NCBI GenBank assembly: GCA_963842525.1
Contig: CAWJGT010000001.1
Span: 64,001-128,000, forward strand
Source of the DNA: an uncultured Holophagales bacterium
GTDB taxonomy: Bacteria > Acidobacteriota > Thermoanaerobaculia > Multivoradales > UBA5704
Direction of reading: 5' to 3'
DNA length: 64,000 nt
Shown one piece after another: positions 43,201 through 54,486 of the stretch. Each line of letters begins with the position of its first letter. Positions within the stretch are counted from its first letter, which is position 1. A model generated the notes under the pieces. That model ran no database searches. It saw only the letters and a program-made list of their open reading frames with translations, and was not told the DNA's origin. A program made the position numbers and the translations under genes.

Positions 43201-44100
43201 GTGCACGTTGTCCTGGCGGCTTTCCTGCTGCTGGCCGATCCGGCCGCATCCCCGACGGTTCCCGGAGAGAAGCCGGCGGCGTTGCGGCTTGCGCCGGGCA
43301 GCTATGTCTCCGACCAGATGGTGGCGATCGGCCGCGACGTGATCGTCGAGGGGGAGGCGCTCTCGGACGTCGCCGCGGTCAACGGCTCCGTGGAGGTGTC
43401 CGGACGGGTGGCCCGCGACGTCATCGTGCTGGGCGGCGACGTGCGGCTCCACCCGACGGCGCGGATCGGCGGGGACGTTTCCGTTCTGGGCGGGGTCGTG
43501 CACGCGGCCCCGGGCTCCCACGTCGAAGGCCGGATGGTCTCCTATCCGACGGCTTCCTCGGCCCTGCTCACCATGGTCGAAGGGCCGACCCTGGGCCTCG
43601 GCTTCGCCTCGCCGCTCGTGGTCGGCACCAAGCTCGCCCTGCTCGCCGCCTGGGCGGCGCTGCTGCTCCTGCTGTTCGCGGCGAGCGGCCGGGAGGTCCT
43701 GAGCACCGCGGACGACGTCCGCCGCGAGCCCTTCCGGAACTTCTTCGTCGGGTTGACGGGCGTGCTGGCCATCCTGCTGACCGGCCTGCTCTTCAGCGTC
43801 TTCACCGGCGGGATCGTGGGGGTCCCCCTGCTGGTGCTGGTTGTTCTCGTTGCCCTGCTCCTCAAGCTGTGGGGGATGGTGGCGGTCTTCTACGCCCTGG
43901 GCGACTGGCTGAGCCGCCGTATCCTCCGCCGCCGAGCGCGCCCTCTCAACGCGGCCACGCTCGGGCTGCTCGTCATGGGCCTCATCAAGTTCCTCCCCCT
44001 CGTGGGCTCCTGGACCTGGACGGCCGCCACCCTGATCGGCATCGGCGCCGCCCTCTCCACCAAGTTCGGCCGCCGCGAGCCCTGGTTCGAATTGGCATAG
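43201..44100 (+). CDS. Membrane protein with bactofilin-like beta-repeat N-terminus
   Basis: GxVxVxG repeats followed by several TM helices. Confidence 0.7.
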   Translation: MHVVLAAFLLLADPAASPTVPGEKPAALRLAPGSYVSDQMVAIGRDVIVEGEALSDVAAVNGSVEVSGRVARDVIVLGGDVRLHPTARIGGDVSVLGGVVHAAPGSHVEGRMVSYPTASSALLTMVEGPTLGLGFASPLVVGTKLALLAAWAALLLLLFAASGREVLSTADDVRREPFRNFFVGLTGVLAILLTGLLFSVFTGGIVGVPLLVLVVLVALLLKLWGMVAVFYALGDWLSRRILRRRARPLNAATLGLLVMGLIKFLPLVGSWTWTAATLIGIGAALSTKFGRREPWFELA

Positions 44101-44149
44101 CGCCTGTCCTCGCGGACCGGCCGTGATACCGTTCCTGGCCGGAAACCGT

Positions 44150-47100
44150 ATGTCCGCCGCCCTACGCGTCGCCGTCCTCCTCTTTGGCTCGGGCTTCTGC
44201 GCCCTCGTCTACCAGACCGCCTGGCTGCGGATGCTGCGCGACGTGTTCGGCGCCTCGACGGCGGCCTCGGCGGCGGTGCTCGCCATCTTCATGGGCGGCC
44301 TCGGCTTCGGCGGCCTGCTGCTCGGACCCCTGGCCGACCGCCGGCGCTCTCCCCTCGGCTTCTATGCTCTCCTGGAGATGGGAGTGGCCGTGGCCGCGGG
44401 GCTCTCGCCCTGGCTGGTCGCGGTGGTCCAGAAGGCCTACATCGGTCTCGGCGGCAGCGCGAGCCTCGGCCTGCCTGGCGGAACGGTCGTCCGCCTGCTC
44501 CTGGCCGCCCTGGTCCTCGGGGTTCCCACCTTCCTGATGGGCGGCACCCTGCCGGCCGCGTCGCGGGCCGTGGAGCGCAGTGCGGACGAGGGGCGCCGTG
44601 TGGTCGGCCTGCTCTACGCGCTCAACACGCTCGGCGCCGTGGCCGGCACCCTGCTCACCACCTTCTGGGCCCTCGAGGCCCTGGGCGTGCGCAAGACGGT
44701 CTGGATCGCCGCTCTGCTCAACCTCCTGATCGCTCTGGTCGCGCGCAACCAGGCGCGGGCGCTGCCGGCGGAGGAGGCGGCCGGGGAGGGCGGCTCCGCC
44801 GAGCCCGCCGCCGGAGGCGCGGATGGGGCCGCAACAGGCTGGTTCGTCCCCCTGGCGGCCGGCGTCGTGGGGTTCGCCTTCCTGCTCATGGAGCTGGTCT
44901 GGTACCGCATGCTGGCGCCGCTCCTGGGAGGCTCGTCCTACACCTTCGGTTTGATCCTGGCCCTGGCCCTGCTGGGGATCGGTCTCGGCGGCCTGCTCTA
45001 TGCGGCGGGCCCGGCGCACCGCCGGCCGACCCTGGCGACGTTCGCCGGCACCTGCGCCCTGGAGGCGCTCTTCCTGGCGCTCCCCTTCGCCGCGGGCGAC
45101 CGCGTGGCGGTCGTGGCCGCGATGCTGCGGCCGCTGGGCAATGCCGGCTTCTTCCCGCTGATCCTCGGCTGGAGCGCCGTGACGGCGTTCGTGGTCCTCC
45201 CCGCGGCCGTGGTCGCCGGCTACCAGTTCCCGCTGCTGATCGCCCTGCTCGGCAGCGGCCGGGAGCGGGTGGGGCGCGAGATCGGGGTGACCTACGCCGC
45301 CAACACCGTGGGTGCCATCGCCGGCTCCATCGCGGGTGGGTTCGGCCTGCTGCCGCTGCTCACCGCGCCGGGTGTCTGGCGGCTGGTGGTCGTCCTGCTC
45401 CTGCTCCTCGCCGTGGCGGCGGTGATCGCCGGCGCCGCCGGCGCCGCCGGCCAACGCCGCGGCGTTCCGCTCCGTGCGGGGGCCCTCCCCCTGGCCACGG
45501 CGGCCGTCGTCCTGCTGCTGCTCTCCGCGCCAGGTCCGACCGCCTTCTGGCGCCACAGCCCCATCGGCGCCGGCCGTGTGGACAGCCACTCCTGGAACGG
45601 TCCCAACGACGTGCGGGCCTACCAGGAGATGAGCCGCGAAGGGATCGTCTGGGAGGCGGACGGCGTGGAGAGCAGCGTCGCCCTCAACGTGAGTGACGAG
45701 ATCTCCTTCCTGGTGAACGGGAAGGCGGACGGCACCGCCCGCTCGGACGCTCCCACCCAGGTCATGGGCGGCCTGGTGGGGGCCCTGTTGCACCCCTCTC
45801 CGCGGCGGGCCCTCGTCGTCGGCCTGGGCACGGGGAGCACCGCGGGCTGGCTCGCCGCGGTGCCGACCATGGAGAGGGTCGACGTCGTCGAGCTGGAGCC
45901 CGCCGTTGTGGAGGTCGCCCGTGCCTGCGCGGCGGTCAACCAGGACGTGCTGCGCAACCCGAAGGTCCACCTGGTGATCGGCGACGGCCGCGAGCTGCTG
46001 CTCACCACCGGCGAGCGTTACGACATCATCTTCTCCGAGCCGTCGAACCCCTACCGCGCCGGCATCGCCAGCCTGTTCACCGAGGATTTCTATCGCGCCG
46101 TGCGGCAGCGGCTGCGGCCGGGCGGAGTCTTCCTGCAGTGGCTCCAGGGCTATGAGCTGGACGCTCAGGTCGTGGGGCTGGTCTACGGCACCCTGGGGGC
46201 CGTGTTCCCTGCGGTGGAGACCTGGGCGATCCATGTCGACGACCTGCTCCTGGTCGCCAGCACAGCGCCGCTGTCGCACGACGTCGCCCGGCTGCGGGCC
46301 CGCGCGGCGCAGGAGCCCTACCGCACCGCCCTGTCGCGGGTCTGGGGGGTCGAGGGGGCCGAGGGCTTCTATACCGGCTATCTGGCTTCCCCGGGGCTTG
46401 CACGCGCCATGCACGCGAGGGAGGGGCAGGCGATCAACACCGACGACCATCCGATCCTCGAGTTCGGCTTCGCCCGCAACCTGGGGCGTCGGGGTCTGTT
46501 CCGGATGGAGGACCTGAGCGCCCTGGCCGCGTTGCGCCGGGAAGACCGCCCCGCGCTCCAGGGGACGCTCGACTGGTCCCGGGTCCAGGAGCTCCGCTCG
46601 GCGCGGTGGGCTTTCTGGGCGCGCGACGTCCCGCAGCCGGCGCCCGGCGTCGACCCGGCCGCTGCCGAGCGCATCCTCGCGCGACGGGCCTGGTCCCGCA
46701 GCGACCTGCCCCTGGCCTGCGCGCGCTGGCTCTCCCAACCCGAAGGCCCGGCCATGCCATCCGACCGCCTTCTGGTGGCCGAGTGCATGGCGACCGTACG
46801 TGATCCGGAGGCTCCCGCACATGCCGAGGGCCTGCGGCAAGAGCACCCGGTCGAGGCGGACCTTGTTCTCGCCATCTGGCACCTGGCCGCGGGCCGGAGC
46901 GCCGACGCCGCCCGGCATCTCGCCGCGGCGTTCCGCGCCGCCCGCGCCCAGCCGTGGACCCACCAGGAGATGCTCGATCGCGGCCTCCTGCTGGCCGAGC
47001 GGCTCGCCCTGCGGGAGCCCGCCGTCGCCCGGGTCCTGTACGAGGCCCTGGACGAGCCCTTCGCCGTCCGTCTGTCCGAGAACGCCCGCCTGCGCGTCCG

Positions 47101-47320
47101 GTTCGACATCGTCCGCGGCCTGGGCTGGCAGGACCGCTGCGTCGAGGCCCTCGCTCCCTTCGAGCCGCATCCGATCTGGGAAGAACAGATCCTGGCCTGG
47201 CGGGCGGTCTGTTACGAGCAGAAGGGCCACCCTCTGCAGGACCGCGCCCTGCGTGATTTGCAGGACTTTCTGGACGATGCGCCGCCGAAGCTCGGAGCTG
47301 GGCTTCCGGCCTCTCCTTGA
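44150..47320 (+). CDS. Fused membrane/spermidine-synthase-like SAM-dependent protein
   Basis: [42 protein letters not shown]. Confidence 0.88.
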   Translation: MSAALRVAVLLFGSGFCALVYQTAWLRMLRDVFGASTAASAAVLAIFMGGLGFGGLLLGPLADRRRSPLGFYALLEMGVAVAAGLSPWLVAVVQKAYIGLGGSASLGLPGGTVVRLLLAALVLGVPTFLMGGTLPAASRAVERSADEGRRVVGLLYALNTLGAVAGTLLTTFWALEALGVRKTVWIAALLNLLIALVARNQARALPAEEAAGEGGSAEPAAGGADGAATGWFVPLAAGVVGFAFLLMELVWYRMLAPLLGGSSYTFGLILALALLGIGLGGLLYAAGPAHRRPTLATFAGTCALEALFLALPFAAGDRVAVVAAMLRPLGNAGFFPLILGWSAVTAFVVLPAAVVAGYQFPLLIALLGSGRERVGREIGVTYAANTVGAIAGSIAGGFGLLPLLTAPGVWRLVVVLLLLLAVAAVIAGAAGAAGQRRGVPLRAGALPLATAAVVLLLLSAPGPTAFWRHSPIGAGRVDSHSWNGPNDVRAYQEMSREGIVWEADGVESSVALNVSDEISFLVNGKADGTARSDAPTQVMGGLVGALLHPSPRRALVVGLGTGSTAGWLAAVPTMERVDVVELEPAVVEVARACAAVNQDVLRNPKVHLVIGDGRELLLTTGERYDIIFSEPSNPYRAGIASLFTEDFYRAVRQRLRPGGVFLQWLQGYELDAQVVGLVYGTLGAVFPAVETWAIHVDDLLLVASTAPLSHDVARLRARAAQEPYRTALSRVWGVEGAEGFYTGYLASPGLARAMHAREGQAINTDDHPILEFGFARNLGRRGLFRMEDLSALAALRREDRPALQGTLDWSRVQELRSARWAFWARDVPQPAPGVDPAAAERILARRAWSRSDLPLACARWLSQPEGPAMPSDRLLVAECMATVRDPEAPAHAEGLRQEHPVEADLVLAIWHLAAGRSADAARHLAAAFRAARAQPWTHQEMLDRGLLLAERLALREPAVARVLYEALDEPFAVRLSENARLRVRFDIVRGLGWQDRCVEALAPFEPHPIWEEQILAWRAVCYEQKGHPLQDRALRDLQDFLDDAPPKLGAGLPASP

Positions 47321-47394
47321 CCCCTGCCCCCCGATCTCATTACGCTCACGGCGATCTGTCTTTCGGACAGTGCATGGGAGGGATCCAGATACAA

Positions 47395-48255
47395 ATGCAA
47401 GAAATTCGAACGATTGGTGTCGTCGGCGCCGGAACGATGGGACACGGCATCGCCCAGGTTGCGGCCCAGAGCGGCTTCCAGGTCGTGCTGGTCGATGCGG
47501 CTCCCGTTGCGCTGGAGCGCGGGATCGCGCAGATCGGCAAGAGTCTCGAAAAGCTGGTGGGCAAGGGCAAGCTGACGGCCGAGGCCCGCGAGCACGCCCT
47601 CGCCCGCCTCCGGTCCGCGTCGCAGCTCGCGGCCCTGGAGAGCGCCGACCTGGTCGTCGAGGCCGTGGTCGAGAAGCTCGAGGTCAAGCAGGAGGTCCTC
47701 GCCGAGCTGGACCGCATCTGTGCGCCGCAGGCGATCCTGGCCTCCAACACGAGCTCGATCTCGATCACCCGGCTGGCCGCCGCCACCTCGCGGCCCGGGA
47801 AGGTGATCGGCCTGCACTTCATGAACCCGGTGCCGCTGATGCAGCTCGTCGAGATCATCCGCGGCCTGGCCACCAGCCAGGAGACCTACGACGCCGTCGA
47901 GGCGGCGTCGCGGGCCATGGGCAAGACGCCGGTCGAGGTCCACGACGCTCCCGGCTTCGTCTCCAACCGGGTTCTCATGCCGATGATCAACGAGGCGGTC
48001 TTCTGCCTCCACGAAGGAGTCGGGAAGGCCGAGGCGATCGACGAGGTTATGAAACTGGGGATGAATCACCCGATGGGACCGCTCGCGCTCGCCGATCTGA
48101 TCGGCCTCGACGTCTGCCTGGACATCCTGCGCGTGCTCCACGACGGGTTCGGCGATCCGAAATACCGGCCCTGCCCGCTGCTGGTCAAGATGGTCGATGC
48201 CGGCTATCTCGGCCGCAAGAGCGGGCGCGGCTTCTACGTCTACGACCGCGGCTGA
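47395..48255 (+). CDS. hbd: 3-hydroxybutyryl-CoA dehydrogenase
   Basis: [26 protein letters not shown]. Confidence 0.93.
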   Translation: MQEIRTIGVVGAGTMGHGIAQVAAQSGFQVVLVDAAPVALERGIAQIGKSLEKLVGKGKLTAEAREHALARLRSASQLAALESADLVVEAVVEKLEVKQEVLAELDRICAPQAILASNTSSISITRLAAATSRPGKVIGLHFMNPVPLMQLVEIIRGLATSQETYDAVEAASRAMGKTPVEVHDAPGFVSNRVLMPMINEAVFCLHEGVGKAEAIDEVMKLGMNHPMGPLALADLIGLDVCLDILRVLHDGFGDPKYRPCPLLVKMVDAGYLGRKSGRGFYVYDRG

Positions 48256-48271
48256 TGGAGACGAGGTGAAG

Positions 48272-50116
48272 ATGTACTGCCAGGTCTGTGGCGCGCCCAA
48301 CCGGGACGACCACGAATACTGCGTCCGCTGCCACCAGAAGCTGCTGGTGCTGTCGGGGACGCTGCGCGAGGACGAGGACTCCTACGACGAGTCGGCCGAG
48401 GAGAGCTTCTCGTTCGACGAGCATCTCCTGGAGCGCATCTCGATCCTCGAAGAGGCCGTCAAGCGGACGGCCGAGACCGTCCGGCAGCTCCTCTCCGCGC
48501 TGCACAAGCAGGAGAAGAACATCCTCATCAACCAGACCGGCCTGTCGGCTCTGCGCGAGCTGCTGGAGCAGAAGCACTACATCGGCTGGGAGGAATGGAG
48601 CGAGCTCTGGGAGTCCAAGATGGACTACCAGCTCCTCGCCCTGGAGAAGCGGGAGCGCTTCCTCGCCATCAAGGAGCGGATCGCCGCCCTCCACCACGGC
48701 GACAAGCGCAAGCTCTTCCTCCAGCACCTGGAGGACGCCGAATACGCCCTCTTCGCCTTCGACATCGAGCGCGCCGTGGCAGCCCTGGAATCGGCCTACA
48801 AGCTGGACCGCGACAACTACGAGCTGGCCTATTTCCTCGGCGAGACCCACTTCAACGAAGGCGACGCCGAGCAGGCCCTTGCCTACTTTTCGCGCGTCCT
48901 GGAGGTCAAGACAGACCACTACGAGGGGCTCGTCTACAGCGGCGTCATCTACTATGAGCGGGGCGACCACACCCGCGCCGAGGAGCACCTGAAGCGCGCC
49001 GTCGCGATCTACCCGGACAGCTTCCTGCCGCATTTCAGCCTCGGCGCGGTCTATGCCGGCCAGGGCAACCTGGCCCGGGCGGTTCTCTTCCTCGAGCGGG
49101 CTGTCGAGCTCGACGCAGTGCCGCAGGCGCTCTATTTGCTGGGAAGCTGCTACTACGAGATGGGCAAGCTCTCGTCTGCCACCCGCTACCTCCAGGAGGC
49201 GGTGCGGCACGATCCGGCCTTCGAGGAGGCCCATCACCTCCTGGGCCTCGCCTATCTCGACCGGCACTGGACGCGCAAGGCGCTCGACGCCTTCCGCCAG
49301 GCGCAGCGGCTCAACCCGAAGAAGCTCCAGTACCACGACCTGGTGCGCTACCTCTCGGGCACCTCGGGCACGCCGCTCCCCGGCGTGCATGGCGAGGCGG
49401 AGGCCTGGTTCAAGAAAGGGGAAGAGTTCCTTGCCCGCGACAACCTGAAGCAGGCGCACGCCTCCTATCGCCGGGCCCTGTCCCTCGATCCCGAGAACCC
49501 GACGCTGCTCATGTCCTACGCCCTGCTCTGCCTGCACCTCGACCGCAGCCAGGAGATCGAGGCGATCACCCGCAAGGTGCTGGACCTGAACCCGGGCGAG
49601 ATGCTCAAGGCCACGGCATCCGCGGCCCTGATCGAGGCGCTGCGCAGCCAGGGGAAGTTCCGCGAGGGCAACCGCATCGGCCGGCGCCTCCTCGACGAGG
49701 GGAGCTCCAACTTCGCCAAGTCGATCGCCTACTACGAGATGGCCTACAACCTGGCGGAGATGGAGGAGGACCTCGACGAGGCCCTGGACTTCGCCCGTCA
49801 GTCGGTCGAGCTGGCTCCCGAGGAGATCAAGCAGTTCCCGCTGGCCGCTCTCGGCTGGGTGCACTACAAGCGCAAGGAGTTCGACAAGGCGGTCGACTTC
49901 CTCTCGAAGTCGAGCGAGCTCGGCGCTTCGCACACGACGCTGACCCACCTGGGGATGGCCCTTCTCGCCTCCGGCCAGGAGGACCGCGCGCGCAACATCC
50001 TGGCCCACGCCCGGACGGTCGGCAGCCGCGGCGAGGCGCTCCAGGAAAAGATGATGGAGTGCATGAAGGACTCCACGCGCCTGCTGGAGAGGGTGCGCCG
50101 CGGCCAGCGGCGATGA
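48272..50116 (+). CDS. Zinc-ribbon TPR protein
   Basis: CQVC...CVRC N-terminus, multiple TPRs. Confidence 0.85.
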   Translation: MYCQVCGAPNRDDHEYCVRCHQKLLVLSGTLREDEDSYDESAEESFSFDEHLLERISILEEAVKRTAETVRQLLSALHKQEKNILINQTGLSALRELLEQKHYIGWEEWSELWESKMDYQLLALEKRERFLAIKERIAALHHGDKRKLFLQHLEDAEYALFAFDIERAVAALESAYKLDRDNYELAYFLGETHFNEGDAEQALAYFSRVLEVKTDHYEGLVYSGVIYYERGDHTRAEEHLKRAVAIYPDSFLPHFSLGAVYAGQGNLARAVLFLERAVELDAVPQALYLLGSCYYEMGKLSSATRYLQEAVRHDPAFEEAHHLLGLAYLDRHWTRKALDAFRQAQRLNPKKLQYHDLVRYLSGTSGTPLPGVHGEAEAWFKKGEEFLARDNLKQAHASYRRALSLDPENPTLLMSYALLCLHLDRSQEIEAITRKVLDLNPGEMLKATASAALIEALRSQGKFREGNRIGRRLLDEGSSNFAKSIAYYEMAYNLAEMEEDLDEALDFARQSVELAPEEIKQFPLAALGWVHYKRKEFDKAVDFLSKSSELGASHTTLTHLGMALLASGQEDRARNILAHARTVGSRGEALQEKMMECMKDSTRLLERVRRGQRR

Positions 50117-51087
50117 GCGACCCGACTCTCCCCGACATCCCGGACGTCCTGGCCGCCCGCCGTGCGCTGGCGGGAGTCGTTCTGCGCACCCCGGTGCTTC
50201 GCTCAGACGCTCTCGACGAGTTGGCCGGCGCCCGGCTTTTTTTCAAGGCCGAATGTCTGCAGATCACCGGCTCCTTCAAAGTCCGTGGGGCGTACAACCG
50301 GGTGCGGTCGTTCTCGCCGGAGGAGCTCGCTCCAGGCCTGATCACGGTGAGCGCCGGCAACGCCGCCCTCGGGGCCGCCTGGGCAGCCCGCGCGCTCGGC
50401 GCCCGGCTCGTCGTCGTGATGCCCGAGAACGCCGTACCCGAGAAGCTCGCCGCGGTCGCCGCGCTGGGAGCCTGCATCGAGAAGGAGGGAGTCACCAACG
50501 CCACCCAGGCCTTCGAGCGCCTGGCACGCCTGCGCGAAGAGCACGGCTACACCCTGGTCCATCCCTTCGACGACCCCTACGTGATTGCCGGCGCCGGCAC
50601 GGCGACCTGGGAGCTGCTGGAGGATGTGCCCGACCTGGAGGCCCTGGCCTTGCCCGCCTCAGGAGGAGGACCGCTTTCAGGAGCCCTGCTCGCCGCCCGC
50701 GGCCTCGCGCCGTCGGCCCGGGTCTATGGCGTCCAGGCGGAGGGCGCGGACGGTATCGTGCGTTCGCTCGCAGCCGGGCAGCCCACCGCGCCTGAACGGA
50801 TACAGACCGTCGCCGACGGCCTCACCGCGCCGAAGCCAGGGGCCCTCAACTTCGAGCTGATCCGCCGCTGGGCCGCGGGCGTCTTCACGGTCCCCGACAA
50901 GGCGATCCTGGAAGCGATGGGGTTGATCCTCCGGAACCTCAAGGTCATCGTCGAGCCCGCCGGCGCCGCCGCCCTGGCCGGCGTCCTGGCCGACGAGAGG
51001 TTCCGCAGCCGACGGGTGGGCGTCCTTCTGAGCGGCAGCAACACCGGCATGGAGCGGGTGCGCGAGGTGCTTTCCTCCACGAAATGA
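50113..51087 (+). CDS. Threonine/serine dehydratase (PLP)
   Basis: TGSFKVRGA, SAGN, HPFDD, GGG loop, VEPAGA. Confidence 0.9.
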   Translation: MSDPTLPDIPDVLAARRALAGVVLRTPVLRSDALDELAGARLFFKAECLQITGSFKVRGAYNRVRSFSPEELAPGLITVSAGNAALGAAWAARALGARLVVVMPENAVPEKLAAVAALGACIEKEGVTNATQAFERLARLREEHGYTLVHPFDDPYVIAGAGTATWELLEDVPDLEALALPASGGGPLSGALLAARGLAPSARVYGVQAEGADGIVRSLAAGQPTAPERIQTVADGLTAPKPGALNFELIRRWAAGVFTVPDKAILEAMGLILRNLKVIVEPAGAAALAGVLADERFRSRRVGVLLSGSNTGMERVREVLSSTK

Positions 51088-51088
51088 A

Positions 51089-51119
51089 ACGACCCGGGGG
51101 AGTCATCCACCCGGGTCGT
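51089..51119. terminator. Hairpin between convergent genes
   Basis: ACGACCCGGG / CCCGGGTCGT 10-bp stem; U-rich tail on the minus strand. Confidence 0.6.
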
Positions 51120-51154
51120 CGAGGAGCGTGCTTCGAAGGGGGCGTGCCTGCGGC

Positions 51155-52426
51155 TCAGGCCTCGTCGGTGGCCAGGCGATTGGCGCGGACGCGACTGGCC
51201 ACCTCCGCCAGCAGAGTCATGTTGACCGCCTCGCGCTCGGCTGCCTCGTGGATCATCTTGAGGGCGGCGAGTGCCTCCGGATCGACTTTGCGGATCTGAA
51301 ACAGCCGGACCAGATCCTGGGCGACCCGCAGCACCTCGACCGCCTGACCCTGCTTCGCATAGACAGCGACCAAGTCGAGACCTGCCAGTGCCGCGTCATA
51401 GCTGTAGCCATGCTCGGTGAGCTTGTCCACGGCCTCGGTCAACAGCCGGCTGGCCATCTCCAGATCCTCGCCGAGCTCGCGGGCAATCAGGCCTTCCATC
51501 CAGATGCGGCGGCTTGTGGTCAACGGATCGGAATATTGCAGATAGAGATGACGGTTCTGCTGGTACAGCTCGGCGGCTTCCCGCGCCGAGCCGCAGAGCA
51601 CCAGGGTCGAGATCAGGTTGTGACGGATGTGGAGCGCGAGCCAGGGGTCCACAGCGAGGGGCATGGCCTTCCGGAGGGAAGCCACCGCCTGTTCAAGGTT
51701 CCGCTGCTCCTGATAGATGAGGGCGCGGATGATCTCCAGGCGAGCCACCTGATTGTGATCGCGGAGAGTCGTGAAGGTCGCCTCCGCCCGGTCGAGGAGC
51801 GCGAGGGCCGCTGGAAACTGCCGGAAATCACGTCGCAACGAGGCTTCGAGGAGGTCGATCCTTGCCGCCAGGTCTGGATCGGCACCGCCCCTCTCGAGCA
51901 CGTTGCGGGCTTCGAAGAAGCACACCAGCGCATCGCGGATTTCACCCGCCACGCGCAGGGCGTTGCCTTCCATGGCGATCGCATACGCTTCGAGATCAGC
52001 AAGCGCGGCCATACCGCCGCAGGTCCGGGGATCGGTCTGGCTTGCGATGGAGCCGGCGAGCCGTGCGAGCTCTCGCGCCAGCGTCGGATCGTGAAACACC
52101 GCCTTCGCGCAGCGCTCCAGAATGTAAGAGGCGAGGGTATATGTCTGGTATCGGACATCCACCAGGACCGCTGCCTCGCGATCCAGGGATGGCATGGCCA
52201 ACAGCTCCGCGAGCCGGGTCGGAGTCTCGGCGCGCTCCTCGCTGATCCGTTCCGCACGGCCCATGGCCTCGACGATCGACCTCTCCAGGAAAGAGGGCTC
52301 ATCGATCCCCTCTTCACGAGGCTCGCGCGCGTGTTCAACAGCCACCAGAGAGACATCCTTGCTCTCGAGCTTCCGCACAAGCGCCCGCATCAACGTTCCT
52401 GCCCGTCTGCCCTTCCGATCCTCCAT
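51155..52426 (-). CDS. Cytoplasmic TPR-like all-helical protein
   Basis: Helical repeats (GNALRVAG, FPAALALLDRAE, EGLIARELG); no signal peptide; RBS before ATG 52426. Confidence 0.8.
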   Translation of the reverse strand: MEDRKGRRAGTLMRALVRKLESKDVSLVAVEHAREPREEGIDEPSFLERSIVEAMGRAERISEERAETPTRLAELLAMPSLDREAAVLVDVRYQTYTLASYILERCAKAVFHDPTLARELARLAGSIASQTDPRTCGGMAALADLEAYAIAMEGNALRVAGEIRDALVCFFEARNVLERGGADPDLAARIDLLEASLRRDFRQFPAALALLDRAEATFTTLRDHNQVARLEIIRALIYQEQRNLEQAVASLRKAMPLAVDPWLALHIRHNLISTLVLCGSAREAAELYQQNRHLYLQYSDPLTTSRRIWMEGLIARELGEDLEMASRLLTEAVDKLTEHGYSYDAALAGLDLVAVYAKQGQAVEVLRVAQDLVRLFQIRKVDPEALAALKMIHEAAEREAVNMTLLAEVASRVRANRLATDEA

Positions 52427-52491
52427 AAACCCCCCTTTGATGCTAAAGCATTGCTCGCCTGCTGGCTCCAATGGCATCTGCTCTGCGTAGA

Positions 52492-52779
52492 TCACCACCC
52501 GCCATTTGGATCCATTCCCACTCCTGCTTCCGCCGAACTCGGCCTAGCCGCCCCCATTGCATTCCCTCCGCCGTCGTCTCCGGGGATGAGCGGAACGCCT
52601 TGGACCGTAGCCAGGGCCGAGTCGAACAGAAACACCATCCAACCCCATGCCTCGGCCAGCGGGCTTGGGGAGCCCATGACCGGCCCATGCTGCGGCAGCG
52701 GACTTGCAAACACCGCTCCGGAGCCCACCAGCAAGGCCAATAGCGCCACCCCCACTCGCAGCTTCATTCCACGAAACAT
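52492..52779 (-). CDS. Small secreted peptide precursor ending GVGMDPNGGW
   Basis: GAGGGGGAG RBS; signal peptide MFRGMKLRVGVALLALLVGSGAVFA; 95 aa. Confidence 0.75.
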   Translation of the reverse strand: MFRGMKLRVGVALLALLVGSGAVFASPLPQHGPVMGSPSPLAEAWGWMVFLFDSALATVQGVPLIPGDDGGGNAMGAARPSSAEAGVGMDPNGGW

Positions 52780-53163
52780 ACGATTCTCCCCCTCGGAAGT
52801 TACAGGCCCATCATGGGCCGCCGGCTGCACACTGTACTGCTCTACAACCTAGAGTGCACGCCAACGGTGAAAAGGAGCCGCCTACAGAGAACTTCCTTGT
52901 CCCACGATCCCAGGGGCCCGACTTCTCTCGACTCACAACTCTTGATCGGCCTCTAGAATACCACACGTCTCCTCGCGCAACGTCAATCCCTCAAAGACCT
53001 CAAGCCGCCGGGCCCGCCCGGACCCACCGCTCCAGCGACCGGGACCGCGAAACGCGGCCCGGCTTGGCGGTCCGTGTCACCGCGTCGCGTGGTCCCTGCC
53101 ATGCGGACCGCGGTCGCTGTCGCCGGGACCGCAGATCCAGTGAGCCATCTGAGAGGCCCCGGC

Positions 53164-53209
53164 TTGACAACATCGGACGTCCCGCTTACTGTACCGCATG
53201 TATAACACA
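53164..53209 (+). promoter_or_regulatory. Sigma70 promoter and YtrA-type operator
   Basis: TTGACA (53164) - 17 bp - TACTGT (53187); imperfect palindrome TGTACCGCATGTATAACACA at 53190-53209. Confidence 0.7.
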
Positions 53210-53211
53210 CC

Positions 53212-53607
53212 GTGATGATCCTGCGCATCGAGCCCGCCGACCCCCGCCCGATCTGGAGGCAGATCGAGGAGGGGGTGCAGAACCTGGTGGCGAGCGGCGC
53301 GCTCCCCGCCGGTACCGCCGTCCCGTCGGTGCGCGACCTTGCGCGGGACCTCCAGGTGAACCCGGCCACGGTGTCGAAGGCCTATCAGCGGCTCACCGAT
53401 GCCGGGGTGCTCGCCGTGCGTCGGGGCGAGGGGACGTTCGTCTCCGCCACCCCACCCTCCCTGCCGATGGAGACCCGCCGGCAGAAGCTGCACCACGGCG
53501 CCGTGCGTTACGCCAGCCTGGGGATCACTCTGGGGGTCAGCCGCGAGGAGGCGATCGAGAGCCTTGCGGAGGTCTGGCGGAGCCTGGTCGATGGAGGAGA
53601 GGAATGA
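53212..53607 (+). CDS. GntR family (YtrA subfamily) regulator
   Basis: PIWRQI, PSVRDLARDLQVNPATVSKAY, RRGEGTFV. Confidence 0.92.
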   Translation: MMILRIEPADPRPIWRQIEEGVQNLVASGALPAGTAVPSVRDLARDLQVNPATVSKAYQRLTDAGVLAVRRGEGTFVSATPPSLPMETRRQKLHHGAVRYASLGITLGVSREEAIESLAEVWRSLVDGGEE

Positions 53608-54486
53608 GCCTGATTCGGGTCGAAGCCCTGACCGTCCGCTACGGCCGCCGCCGCGCACTCGACGGCGTGTCGTTCGAGGTGCCTGAAGGATCGGTCTACG
53701 CCCTGCTGGGCCGCAACGGAGCGGGCAAGTCGTCGCTCGTGCGCTGCCTCCTCGGCACGCAACGCGCCGCAGCGGGCCGCGCAGTGCTCTTCGACCGGGA
53801 CGTCTGGCGGGCGCGCGCCGCGGTCCTCGCGGAGGTCGGCGTGGTCCCTGAGGAGCCGGACGCGCCGCAGACCATGTCCGCGCTCCAGCTTTCCCGTTTT
53901 TGTGCCCGCCTCTACCCGCGCTGGGACGAGGCCGGCCTGCGCGCACGGCTGGAGCGGTTCCGGGTCCCCGCGGACCTGGCCTTCGGCCGGCTTTCGAAGG
54001 GGCAGAAGGCCCAGGTGTCTCTCGCCCTTGCCCTCGCCCCCACGCCGCGCCTCCTGATCCTGGACGACCCGACGCTGGGGCTCGACCCGGTGGCGCGGCG
54101 GTCGGTCTTCGACGAGCTGATCGGCGAGCTGGCCGACCGCGGAACCACGGTCTTCCTCACCAGCCACGACCTGGCGGGGGTCGAAGGGATCGCCGACCGG
54201 GCCGGTATCCTGCAGGACGGGCGCCTGCTGGTCGACGAGGAGGTCGAGAGCCTCAAGCAGAGGTTCCGCCGCATCAGCCTCCCGGGCGCGGCGGAGGCTC
54301 CGGAAGCTCGCGGAGCTGGCACCCCTCGCAGTCGCTGTCCGCGGCTGGGGGGTGGAAGCCGTGGTCGGCGGTTGGGACGAGGATCGGTCCACGGACCTGC
54401 TGTACGGCCCCGGGGACCGCGCCGAGGTCTCGGCCCTGACGCTCGAGGAGATCTTCCTCGCCCTGGTGGAAGGAGACCGCCGGTGA
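53604..54486 (+). CDS. ABC transporter ATP-binding protein (frameshift near 54305)
   Basis: GRNGAGKS, LSKGQ, ILDDPT, SH; TLEEIFLAL tail in shifted frame. Confidence 0.88.
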
